Below are positions 10,014-21,125 of a DNA stretch of 52,843 nt, piece after piece. The notes under the pieces were generated by a model that was given only the letters and a program-made list of their open reading frames with translations, was not told where the DNA came from and did not search any database. How positions within the stretch are numbered: position 1 is the first letter of the stretch; every line of letters begins with the position of its first letter. A program made the translations under genes and the position numbers. This DNA comes from Callorhinchus milii (Eukaryota): contig NW_024705343.1 of NCBI RefSeq assembly GCF_018977255.1, positions 1 through 52,843 of the forward strand, read 5' to 3'.

Positions 10014-11095
10014 TGTTCAGCCGCGTACGGCAGGCGTGTCGATTCCGTTGTTTTCCTTTGACGCTCTCGTTCCGGAAGGCGCACCTCAAGACGTTGCGGC
10101 CAAATATACATTCGACGAAATGGCGAATGGACATTGCCAAAAACGGCATGTGGCAACCACGTGCGGGACCACAGGCTCGCAAGCCACTCGTCCCTCGCGG
10201 GAAACGGTCGCGGCCGGAGGAGCCAACGCCGCAAGAGTCTGCTGTGGCGGTGAAGCGGCGGAGGTCCAAACCAAGCCCGCCTCCGCCCGATCCGCTCATC
10301 CTGCGCGGAAAACGGTCGCGGCCAGAGGAGCCAACTCCGACGCCGCAAGAGTCTGCTGTGGCGGTGAAGCAGCGACCAAGCCCGCCTCCGCCCGGCGTCA
10401 CTCCACGTTGTCCGCCCCCTGTCTCGGTCGAACACGTTGTCTTCGTTCCGGGGTACGGAAGGCTGTTCCCGAACGACTTCCGCTGCTTAAAACCTGGCCA
10501 GTGGTTGAACGACACCATCATCAACCTGTTCGGGCAGTTCTACTGCCTGCCGCGAGCGGCATACGTCCACCTGTTCAACACATTCCTGTACACAAAGTTC
10601 TTGGCGGGCCATCTCGACGACTTGAATTGCGTCTTCAATGGCGTGTCTTCCAGGCCGGTGTGGATCATACCGATCCACGACCAGTCGCACTGGCAGATCT
10701 TGGTCATCGTCAACGCCACGTGCCCACCAAGGTCGACTGCCATGCTGTTAGACTCAATGGCAGCGTGCGGGCAGTCGCGCAACGCCAAAAACATCGCGGC
10801 CTTCGCCAGCACGGTGGTGGACCGGGTCGTGCACGCCGAATCGGTGAGCACGCCGGTGGCGATCACCACCGTGGCAATCACCACGGTGCTTGTGCCGCAG
10901 CAACCGAACGGCTACGACTGTGGCGTCTACGCCCTGCTCAACATCATGCACCTGGTGCGCCATTACGACAACATCGTGGCCGTTCAAGGACCAGGTCAAG
11001 TGGATTGGCGCGCGTGGTACACGCAGGAGGCGGCGTCACAGCACAGGCGCAACCTGCTGCAACAGCTACATGAACTTAAAGACCTACACCAATAA
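9975..11095 (+). CDS. Helicase motif VI, basic/Pro-rich linker and Ulp1/SENP-like (peptidase C48) cysteine protease domain
   Basis: LLYVMFSRVR (from ~10001) completes the PIF1 helicase. It is followed in frame by LKPGQWLNDTIIN, IPIHDQSHW (His 10688), LLDSM (Asp 10751) and VPQQPNGYDCGVY (Cys 10919). Confidence 0.9.
10195..10392 (+). repeat. Two-copy ~108-bp coding duplication (RGKRSRPEEPTPQESAVAVK x2)
   Basis: CGCGGGAAACGGTCGCGGCC..GAGGAGCCAAC...GCAAGAGTCTGCTGTGGCGGTGAAGC occurs at ~10196 and ~10304. Confidence 0.85.
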
Positions 11096-11223
11096 ATCAA
11101 CAATCATCATCTGATGCAATAGTAACAGCTACAACTTCCAACACGACTACGGTATCCAACACGGATCGCACGAATGCGCTGTCCAACCAAGTTCCTACCT
11201 GCACCATCCGAAGGAACGTGTTA

Positions 11224-13966
11224 TTAAGAATTATTCAGCCAACATATATAATTATTTTTTTTAATAGACACGGGGCAACTTGCAAGCAAACAGAGACGCG
11301 TGAGAAACCCGTTTCGCCACTTCCACAGATGCGCGCACACCTCGCCTCAAAGGCCAGAAAGCATGAAAGAGGTAGCAATGAAATGTCATAAAACTCCACT
11401 AATTTCACACAAAGGGAAAAAGGGAGGGGGGAATTGCAAGCGGGGGTTAAAATAACACCTATTCCTTCAAAGGCCCTTTTACAATACAAAACCAGGCCAC
11501 GAAATATATATAATTATATTCTTAACAAAGAAAATAACATTGACAACAAGAAACACAGACGGGTTTTGAACCCTGTTAGATTAACAAAGTTACCAACTTA
11601 GCCATGAAGATTAAGCAAACATTATCTATCCTCACTCCAATTGGAAACCAGACTACAGTCTGCACCAGGGTCGCGATTCATCATTTGTTAATTTAATACT
11701 GACATTATTTACCTTTAAATAATTTCTACGCGGCCATGCCAAAGCATCAAAGAATAATTATGGCAGTCAGGGTCGCTCCTAAAAAAATAAAACATAAAAA
11801 CAAATTCCCTAGCCCGGGATATCAGATTAAATAATAACAAGAAGTCAAATAATAAGTACGAAATTAAAGTGGATCTCCTAGGAGAGTTAAGGGCAGAGAA
11901 GTATATCATAATTAACCAACACGCAACACTCCATGGGAAGCGAGCAGCTCACAGCCGTCTTTGTCTTCCTGAGAGGATCTCCACACCCACACACAAGCCA
12001 GGAAATGACCCCCATAAAGGTCGGAGAAATGGCTCAGAAAGGAAATTAACACATGCCTCCATAAACAAATAAACACACGCACAAGGTGCTCCCACCACGG
12101 AGCACAGCCGTCTTTGTCTCCCCGCAGCACGGACAGCAAGATTCTCGCACGCAAGCAAGTAACATTCCCCATAGGAAGATCAAATCACGATGAAATACCG
12201 TGAACATGGCTACGACATGCATGGAGTCACTTACAATCAAATCACAATGAAACTAAGCAACAATAAGTCGCATTTCAACTTCCAAACCAAAAACAACTTA
12301 AGCTGTGTGAGACAAAAGATATAACGCCCAGAGCGAGGGAGGGGATCATTAAGCTCGCTTAACGCGTAGGTTTTCGCGACAAATATTATTCATAATCAAA
12401 AACATGGATTATGATTTTTATAACTCGGTGCGAACGCGAATCATCGGTCTGGTTAATGGATAACTTAGATGGCGCCGTCGCGAGGAAACCCCACCCCTCC
12501 TTCCAGAATGATTACACAGCTGGTCTTTAAAGCTCCCATAAACGCACACGCGACATACGGACGGACACACACACGACACACACGGACAAAACGCACACGA
12601 ACAAAGGAAAAAAATGTTTTATGACACGGCCTTTGAACAACTCGGGAAAACTGAGTGGATTTTCCTGATATAAGCCTAGGAAAAATCCATTCAACTCAGA
12701 TCTTCAGGGCTCCGGCCCCACCACAGATCTCCACCAGGGCTTCGGCCTCCATCTCCTCTCGTCGCCGCCAACGAAGAAGCTCTTTCGTCATCCAGAATGA
12801 CGAGGTTCGCGGGGTAGCGACGTGCATCAACAAGCTGAGGTCTGCACCACCTAAGAAGAATCGCTACCCTGAGTCGCCGAGCTGCGAGTGAAGCTGACGG
12901 AGATTCCAGCTATCACTCTCGAGCCAACAAAGACACCCAACGTCCACCCAACAACGAACGAAGCATCATTCATCGCCAGAGTGCGCCAAGCGTCGACCAA
13001 GCGAGCATCGCAAGGGACGAGCAGCAGCGGAGCCTGAGAAACACCTCCTGAAGGGCGAGTGTCCGTGTGAAGTTGGCAGCGATCAAGGAGAGAGAGAGAG
13101 AACTCACGAGCCACACGACTCGGACGTCACCGAGCGTCGTGCCGACTCGTGGAGGAGCTGCGCGCTATCCGACGACGGAATCATCGCGCAGCACGACGGC
13201 GAGCGTCGTGCAAACTCAATCGAGCAGTGGAGAGAGGAACCTCTAATGAGCTGGTTGTATCTCCCACACCCCACAAGCTAACGACACAACTCCCGGCTCT
13301 AAGAATAATTTAATTAAATTTACAAGGGGACAACGCACACACAACACGCACACGAATAAGACTTTCAAAAGTTATATTTGTGCTTCAAAAAGGGTTGCCA
13401 TTTCAAGGTGGTGCGTTCAATATCAACTGATCGTGCAAAGCCGTTGCTGCCATCGAGTTACATGAATAAGAAATGTTTGAGTCATTTATTTTCGTTAAAT
13501 TGCATAATCTTGCCGATGAATCTATTGACGTATACTTGCCTTTGCATACTAGAGTGTCATGTGTTTGTTTAGAATAAAATTGTTAACACAGAAGCATATC
13601 GAGTGTTCCTTCCAAGTCCATGCAAAACTGTCTTATTCCTAAAAACTGTATCCTGCGATGAGATATGAAGTTGGAGACCTAAAATAACATAAACACACTA
13701 AGATAATCAGTAAATGTTTAATCAATGATAATCGTGTTATCATGATTGATACAACTCTGGATAACTAAACTAAGCCTAATTATCATAACTGCTCACATTA
13801 ACATAATCGCAAGCATTCGCATAAATTACTACGATTATCTCCACGATTATCATAATTTATGCATATAATTACAACATTAACATAATTTATGTGATTTGCG
13901 CATTTTTCAGAAAATTACTCATGTTTATTATTTTTATCAAAATTTCATAATCCAACATATACAACA
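11224..13966 (+). mobile_element. Solo LTR, diverged relative of the 39-52 kb LTRs, missing the first ~45 bp
   Basis: Collinear similarity with 39045-41643, e.g. TAATAGACACGGGGCAAC, AAGCTCGCTTAACGCGTAGGTTTT and AAGAATCGCTACCCTGAGTCGCCGAG. It ends in ATACAACA, and no PBS or internal region follows. Confidence 0.85.
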
Positions 13967-13969
13967 ACC

Positions 13970-14630
13970 ATCTCCATGTGTTTCAACCAGCCAATAATAG
14001 GGTGAATCGGTGCATCAAATTTATTGTAAGGGTATTTCGCTCTAGCATTTCTGATCTGGAGATACTTAAAGATTGGGATTTGGGAATTTAAGAGGCTGGC
14101 ACCGCTTTGAAGGACCGTACCCTCCCATCCACTGATAATGGACCTTTCACCCTGTCGAGACCAGATTACCTCCTATATTATTAGCTAATTTTTCATGATG
14201 CTCTCAGCAACACGCCAGCGTCGATGTGACTGTCGATAATGGCTGTAATCCATGTGGACTATGTTAGTTATGGCCAGAGAAAAACCCTCCAGAGAGCACG
14301 GTTTAACCAACTCTTTCTCCCAGTTCTTGTTTGGATTTATCTTTAGTTGTGGAATCCTCCCACCTCTTTCCACCCAACAAAATAAATGGGTTCCCCACAT
14401 GTAATAATTTGGCAGGCCGTGTGCGGTGCATTGAAGTGTGGGTACTTCACCCTTTTCGAGGATGTCTGACCAACGTGAAACAAGAGGACAATTCCCCTTC
14501 ATGAATCTCAATAGATCTCCTCTCGTGGAGTCCCTTGTACCAGCTGTGAGCGAGACATTGCAGGGCTGCGTCTTTACCTTCATATATCGTTCCAAAAATC
14601 TCAAGGTCGACATGGTCACCATCTATTTAT
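13970..14630 (-). mobile_element. Degenerate L1-clade LINE ORF2 fragment
   Basis: Minus-strand peptides GLPNYY and IFKYLQIRN (14048-14080) resemble the post-RT region of fish/amphibian L1 ORF2. Heavily disrupted. Confidence 0.5.
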
Positions 14631-15203
14631 TTTATTTTACTCAGTAAGACCCACTGAGCTATATAGCATCCTGATCACAAATGAAAACTGAACGAATTGG
14701 CTTATCAAATGTAGATGTACAGCAGCAACCACGAAATCTAAATGCGTGATGATTGTAAACGGATATTCAGCACCCACGTTAACTAAATGTAATCCATGTG
14801 ACATACACTGTGCCGATTACTTGACTCTGCATACCTCTCTTTTTGAGGCGAACTTCTTGTGGACATCGCCCTCCAGCCACAGAGCGTGTGTGGACTATCT
14901 GCTTTCAAGAATTATCCTGCTAGCGTGAGTGGGTGCGTGAGTAGTGCACTCAGAGTGCAGTGTTGGGCGAGGTTGTGTCTGCCTCGTGCACATCAAGTGT
15001 TCAGTGTAATCGGCATCAGGACTCAACGTAAGTGCCCATGAAACAAACTTTTACTTTTGATGCAACATTATTAAAAAAATGTCAGCATGCAATAATTATT
15101 ACAGTATTCGATATAACTCAAAAAATGCGTCCAACTTTTGTTTCATGTACAGAATAAACAGTACGTAGAAATTCATATTTAGTTAATAGGTACTCATACA
15201 TTA

Positions 15204-15592
15204 GGGGCCGTCCATAAATGACATCACGCACCTGGGGGGGGGGGGGTTCAGACATTTGTGACTATGTGTTAGGAAGGGGGGGGGTAGAGAAATGTGACGT
15301 AACATCAAAATGCGCAAATTTAAATAAATATAGACAACACGTTATACTTAATTAAATATACTTTTTAATAAATGTTTTCTCCTTCAATATCAGACTGCAG
15401 CGCCAGATTAAATACGCACTACAATGACGATTGTTTAAAGTGATTTGAAGCATGTTTTATTTCTTTTCGGGGGGGGCAGAGCTTTGTGACGTCAAATGTG
15501 AGGGACGGTCAGACTTTTTGTGATGCCGCGTACGAAGGGGGGGGGGGGTAAAAATTGTCCAAAATCGCGTGACGTCATTTATGGACGGCCCC
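15204..15592. mobile_element. PIF/Harbinger-type (Tourist-like) MITE, 389 bp
   Basis: 26-bp TIRs GGGGCCGTCCATAAATGACATCACGC / GCGTGACGTCATTTATGGACGGCCCC with 1 mismatch. TTA target duplication at 15201-15203 and 15593-15595. No ORF. Confidence 0.88.
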
Positions 15593-17879
15593 TTAGTCGA
15601 GTGTCATCACAGGTGAAAACTAGACTCTTGTCCGTGCGCCGCCACCCATCACACACGCACCACGTGACCTGGCTAACCAAATCAAGTAAAACTTCCTAGA
15701 CGTTTGATTTAGTGTCAAACTTTGTATTTCGCTTGCCAGATGGCAAACCAGCCAGCCAATCACAATCGTGGCTACTTCTGTCAACCTTTGAGGTTCCAGA
15801 GTCAAAGCAGTGCCACCCCACTCCCTTCCCCATGATGCTTTTTTGTTGGCTAAGGAATTTTCGCTTCCACAAAAACCGCAAAAATACTGTCTAAATAAAA
15901 AGGATAGTAGAAATGAGACCCTATGACTGGGACACACAGATCATATGAATCATTAACCTATGAGAAAGACAATGCACACACGGCATAAAAACATGAATTA
16001 TACACAACATATATAAAATGCAGCCAATGCTAATTAGACTAACAACACAGAGTAAATACGAGTCAGCATTTGAAATGAGTTCTGAAATTTTGAATATTAA
16101 ATGGGGAAACGTAGTGGTAACAATTGATAAGTCAAATAATAAATAAATCATCATGGCTATCATCGATGCTGAGTAAAATAACAAAATATTGTGAGCAAGC
16201 ATTCATAATAAGCGAAATACGTTTTGTTAAGTAGACGTGTAGTGTAAGTAGAGTTGTCTACTGCACTTCTGTTAGCTGTCAACAGCTGATAGAAGAAAAT
16301 ATAAAAGTATATCGGTACTTCTTACACAACACCTCTGCTGAACACAACATGTTTTTGAAACTCGTAACAGCTTGCTCGCAAGATTGCTTCCCTTGCATGT
16401 TTCTCAGCGTGGGGATGCTCATGATTATTTATTTTTTTAATTCGACGTCAATTGTTACTGTTTAACATATCCTACCTATTCCCTTTGCCCATCTAATATC
16501 CGATTCGTAATAACTCATCTAAAATGCCCTGAATCTTACGTACTATCTCAGCTGTTTGTTTCATTTCCATTGGCTAATTGTCTATATTGTGTATATTATA
16601 TTATTATATTGTGTATATTACACGTGCTTGTCTTTCTTATTTGTATCGTGTCATATGGCTTGATTCGTAACCTCTGTCTGCTCGATTGTAGTGTTTCATT
16701 TGTCATGTCTCGTTTTTATGGTCTATCTATTTTTGTAGGTTTTTTTCGAATTACTCAGACGCACCAAACGAGTTATTGGGAATGAAGTGGATTGACACTC
16801 TTGGACTGTGGAACCTAAACGTTTGGAGAAATTACTGTATTAATCTTCTGTTAGTGGCTGTCTGGTGTACCATCTCCAAAGGGGGTACGAACAGGGATTG
16901 TAAAGTAAAGTTACGGATGATTCGCAGTTGATTATGTGCTGGTCAGGGAATGAGGACAGGTGATTGGGCTGGGAGGTGTACGCATCAAAACACTGGTTGG
17001 GAACGACTGGTATGTCAGATTAATCTAATGAACCAGTTATGGGATATAATAATAATAGGGGTTCTTCCCCTTTTTTCTGGCAACAAAACTGAAACCTTTT
17101 TACAAGGATTCATGTCTGCATTAACCACAATACTTGCAGTCAAAATGCAAACAAAAAACACACTTTAGTCATAATTCAAATTCATTACCATTTGACTTCC
17201 ATTGTAGTTCCCAATTATTTTTCAATTCGTGGATTCAATTAGATAGGCGGGGTGGCAGAGTAGTAACACTTGTGCCTCGATGTTACAAAACACATTTCTA
17301 AATGTGGCTTGTATATCTGGCACTACTAACCTTCTGCTTCAGAATATTTGTATGGAAGGTTTATGATGTTTTGGCGAGGAAACAAGGTTGCTCCATAATG
17401 TTGGAAGAACCTTATTTGATAATACAGCACTCATTGATTCAGTCCACCTCGTCATTATAAATAAGAAAGAGAGGTTCAAGTTTGAAAAATGTATTTGAAT
17501 GATAGATTAAATATTCATAAATTCTGTAAATATGCCCAACTATATTTACATAAACGATTCTGACGTGTGTGATGCGAAGCAATCTATAATTTCGGCTGTG
17601 GCTGGGTCACGTGGCCCGTGCAACAGGAGTATAAATGAGAGTGTTCTGGGGATAGAAGAGCATGCTCTGGGAAGAGAACCTCAAGGTGAGTGTGTGGGTT
17701 ACTCCTGACTGGTCTCGTTATTAAGAATTCAGATGGTGTGTGTGGTGGACAGGTGACTCGCAGGTAAGGGCCTCTGAGCTGGCACCCCTTGAGACCCTGT
17801 CTGCCTGGTGTGATGTTGGCAAACAAGATGCTTTCCGATTTTTGTGTTTATTTTCAATACAAATCTGTTCTATAAGGTA

Positions 17880-19460
17880 CAGTGAGGGAAGAAAAGTATT
17901 TGATCCCCTGCTGATTTTGTATATTTGCCCACTGATAAAGAAATGATCAGTCTATAATTTTAATGGTAGGTTTATTTGAACAGTGAGAGACAGAATAACA
18001 ACAACATTATCCAGAAAAACGCACGTCAAAAATGTTATAAAATTATTTGCATTTTAAAGAGGGAAATAAGTATTTGACCCCTCTGCAAAACATAACTTAG
18101 TACTTGTTGGCAAAACCCTTGTTGGCAATCACAGAGGTCAGACGTTTCTTGTAGTTGGCCACCAGGTTTGCACACATCTCAGGAGGCATTTTGTCCCACT
18201 CCTCTTTGCAGATCTTCTCCAAGTCATTAAGGTTTCGAGGCTGACTTTTGGCAACTCGAACCTTCAGCTCCCTCCACAGATTTTTATGGGATTAAGGTCT
18301 GGAGACTGGCTAGGCCACTCCAGGACCTTAATGTGCTTCTTCTTGAGCCACTCTATTGTTGCCTTGGCCGTGTATTTTGGGTCATTGTCATGCTGGAATA
18401 CCCATCCACGACCCATTTGCAATGCCCTGGCAGAGGGAAGGAGGTTCCCACCCATGATTTGACAGTACTTGGCCCCGTCCATCGTCCCCTTGATGTGGTG
18501 AAGTTGTCCTGTCCCCTTAGCAGAAAAACACCCCCATAGCATACTGTTTCCACCCCCATATTTGACGGTAGGGATGGTGTTCTTGGGGTCATATGCAGCA
18601 TTGCTCCTCCTCCAAACACGGCGAGTTGAGTTGATGCCAAAGAGCTCCATTTTGGTCTCATATGACCACAACAGTTTCACCCAGTTGTCCTCTGAATCAT
18701 TCAGATGTTCATTGGCAAACTTCAGACGGGCATGCATATGTGCTTTCTTGAGCAGGGGAACTGTGCGGGCACTGCAGAATTTCAGTCCTTCATGGCGTAG
18801 TGTGTTAGCAACTGTTTTCTTGGTGACTATGGTCTCAGCTGCCTTGATATCATTGACAAGATCCTCCCGTGGAGTTCTGGGCTGATTCCTCACCGTTCTC
18901 ATGATCATTGCAACTCCATTGCAAGTGAGAGCTTGCATGGAGCCCCATGCCGAGGGAGATTAACAGTTATTTTGTGTTTCTTCCATTTGCGAAAAATCGC
19001 ACCAACTGTTGTCACCTTCTCACCAAGCTGCTTGGCGATGGTCTTGTAGCACATTCTAGCCTTGTGAAGGTCTCCAATCTTGTCCCTGATATTTTTTTCT
19101 TGGCCATGGTGGAAAGTTTGTAATCTGATTGATTGATTGCTTCTGTGAAAACGTCTCTATTATACAGGTAACAAGCTGAGATTAGGAGCACTCCCTTTAA
19201 GAGTGTGCTCCTAATCTGTATAAAAGACACCTAGGAGACAGAATGTTTCTGATTGAGAGGGGGTCCAATACTTATTTCCCTCATTAAAATGCAAATCAAT
19301 TTATAACATTTTTAACATGCGTTTTTATGGATTTTGTTGTTGTTATTCTGTCTCTCACTGTTCAATTAAATCTACCATTAAAATTATAGACTGATGATTT
19401 CTTCGTCAGTGGGCAAACGTACAAAATCAGCAGGGGATCAAATACGTTTTTCCCTCACTG
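17880..19460 (-). mobile_element. Full-length Tc1-family DNA transposon (IR/DR type), 1581 bp
   Basis: ~200-bp TIRs starting CAGTGAGGGAA... and ending ...TTCCCTCACTG, with outer and inner AAGTATTTGA(T)CCCCT direct repeats. TA duplications at 17878-17879 and 19461-19462. Confidence 0.96.
18097..19107 (-). pseudogene. Tc1 DD34E transposase, inactivated
   Basis: [17 protein letters not shown] and [11 protein letters not shown] motifs are present. The first catalytic Asp is replaced (WSYETK for WSDETK), there are frameshifts at both ends, and the ancestral end GFANKY* lies at 18097. Confidence 0.92.
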
Positions 19461-20169
19461 TACAGTCTCAAAATCAGTAAAAAAAAGTAACGGGTAACAG
19501 CATCAGCAGCAAGTAACTCCTAAAATATAAAGATGTGAATTCAATTGACAATTAAACAACGTTGGATTAAATGTTCAGGAAAAAAACTTTACCTACAAGT
19601 GCATTGATCACGTTTGTCTGTCTAAAAGTTACGTCGATTTTACAATGCTTGTGCCTCCTCTCTCAGTTTGCTCTCTTCCTGTCTCTCTCTATCTCTCTCT
19701 GCTATCCACACTGCATCACATGAAGAAGAAAAACACTACTCTTGATGTCCTGCGTCAATCGTCCACCCTTTATTTATACAATGCATGTTTCTTTTTTCAA
19801 AAGTCCGAAACATGGCCATCACAGAGGGAGATACAAATTACGAACGTGTGTCGAACCCGGTACAATAAACCTTAAAATGGGGACCTGTCTGGAGGCCCTT
19901 GAGCTCGCTGACCTATCACAGTAGAGGCAACGATTGGCAGCAGCAGATTAACCGGGAAGGGGAAGAAGAAGGAAAAGGGAGACGAAGGGGAATAAGGGGA
20001 CCCATGCCTAAAAACGAAGGGGAATAATTTAACCAAACTCGACAGCAAACAAATTAACATAAGCGTGATGTCTGGGCTTATCCTTATTATTTTCCCCTAG
20101 TAGCTACGGTGCCCACTACAATGTTTCGGTGTCAGGAGTTCATCTCCTTGCCCCGCTCCCTACTGTTCT

Positions 20170-21125
20170 GCTTATTCACGCAAGGCTCAGTAAAAATGGG
20201 GACCACATAGCCTCTTACTCCAATTATATCCCTTGTAGGTCCTAGCTAAGGTGCTCCATTCCTGCCAAGGCAAGGAGGGTTCTGTGCCAGAGTCCCCAAG
20301 AAGGGGTTCTTGATGTTTCCAATTTGCTCGTATAGTCTTTCTTGCTACAATATAGCAGGTTTGCAATAAGGCATGTTGGCGTACCGATAGCCCTCTTTGT
20401 TTCAAGCTCCGCAAAGTTGAGTCCATTGAGGAGCCCAGCTCTGTACCCCAGTTCCGATTAATTTAATTCGTTACATTCTCGTAAAATTCTAAAATATCTG
20501 GGCACGTCCAGAAATCATTCAATTGCATCTGTACCATGCCTTGTGGAATGTCGGGCAATTAGGAGAGGAATGTGTGAATTTGTCTCTCCTGTCATTAGTC
20601 AGGTAGGACCCATGCCTAAATTTTAACTAAATTATGTTTAGCAGAAGGGACTTGCGGCCTGCTGTCTGAGCCCAACCATATTTGAGTCAATTTCTGGTGA
20701 GGAATGTCCTGTCCCAGCAGCCTTTCCCCCTCAGCTTTCTAGTTTTGGCTCGAACCCGGTCTCAATCTCTATAAGAATCTGGTGCTATGCCTGCACAAAC
20801 TTTTCACTTTCTTTTTGTCTACCAGACCATCCAAAATGGGGTGAGTGCTGAGGTCAAATTTTATGTTTGTAGCTGTAGAGATGGCATCCCTGATATTTTG
20901 GTATCCTTATTTGGAAGGTCCCCTACCCTTTCCAAGACTGTCGCTCTCCAGCCAGGCCAGTTAGGCCTTGTGCATGCTATTGTTAATGATTGGTTGCCCC
21001 ACAAAGGCGATTGTTTACTTTTAAAAGAGTGGAATGAGATTCGCCTGTGGTTGCATTTCCCCAAGGTGTTAGAAACCGNNNNNNNNNNNNNNNNNNNNNN
21101 NNNNNNNNCCTCCCTTGCCATATGT
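20170..21125 (-). mobile_element. Degenerate L1-clade LINE ORF2 3' fragment, spanning an assembly gap
   Basis: Minus-strand peptides PLWGNQSL, FWTCPDILEFY (~20480-20515) and YIVARKTIRANWK occur in the order expected for an L1 ORF2 C-terminus. Confidence 0.65.
21079..21108. other. Assembly gap (30 N)
   Basis: Run of N bases. Confidence 0.99.

Larger units (their letters stand above)
3690..11095 (+). pseudogene. RepHel polyprotein (repeats, Cys-rich N-domain, HUH Rep, PIF1 helicase, C48 protease), interrupted by about 3 frameshifts and 1 in-frame stop
   Basis: Joined from ORFs 3486..4583 (ATG 3690), 3725..4684, 4733..5725, 5373..10013 and 9920..11095. Breaks fall near 3828, at TAG 4682-4684, near 5450 and near 9975. 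AATAAA overlaps the final stop. Confidence 0.85.
3426..11222 (+). mobile_element. Helentron/Helitron2-type rolling-circle DNA transposon, apparently full length
   Basis: 5' end TTATA-CAGGGAGGAAC (3431-3441). Its inverted partner GTTCCTACCTG lies at 11191-11201, followed by a short stem-loop (11202-11220) and TT. Between them is a Rep-helicase coding region. Subterminal inverted repeats, a 3' hairpin and T-rich ends are the known Helentron layout. Confidence 0.8.

Noticed and set aside
9920..11095. Independent host SENP gene
   Set aside because: It is intronless, shares a frame with helicase motif VI and lies inside the transposon's terminal structures.
17245..17285. GGCGGGGTGGCAGAGTAGTAACAC, resembling a tRNA-derived SINE A-box
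   Set aside because: No B-box or SINE body follows; too short to support.
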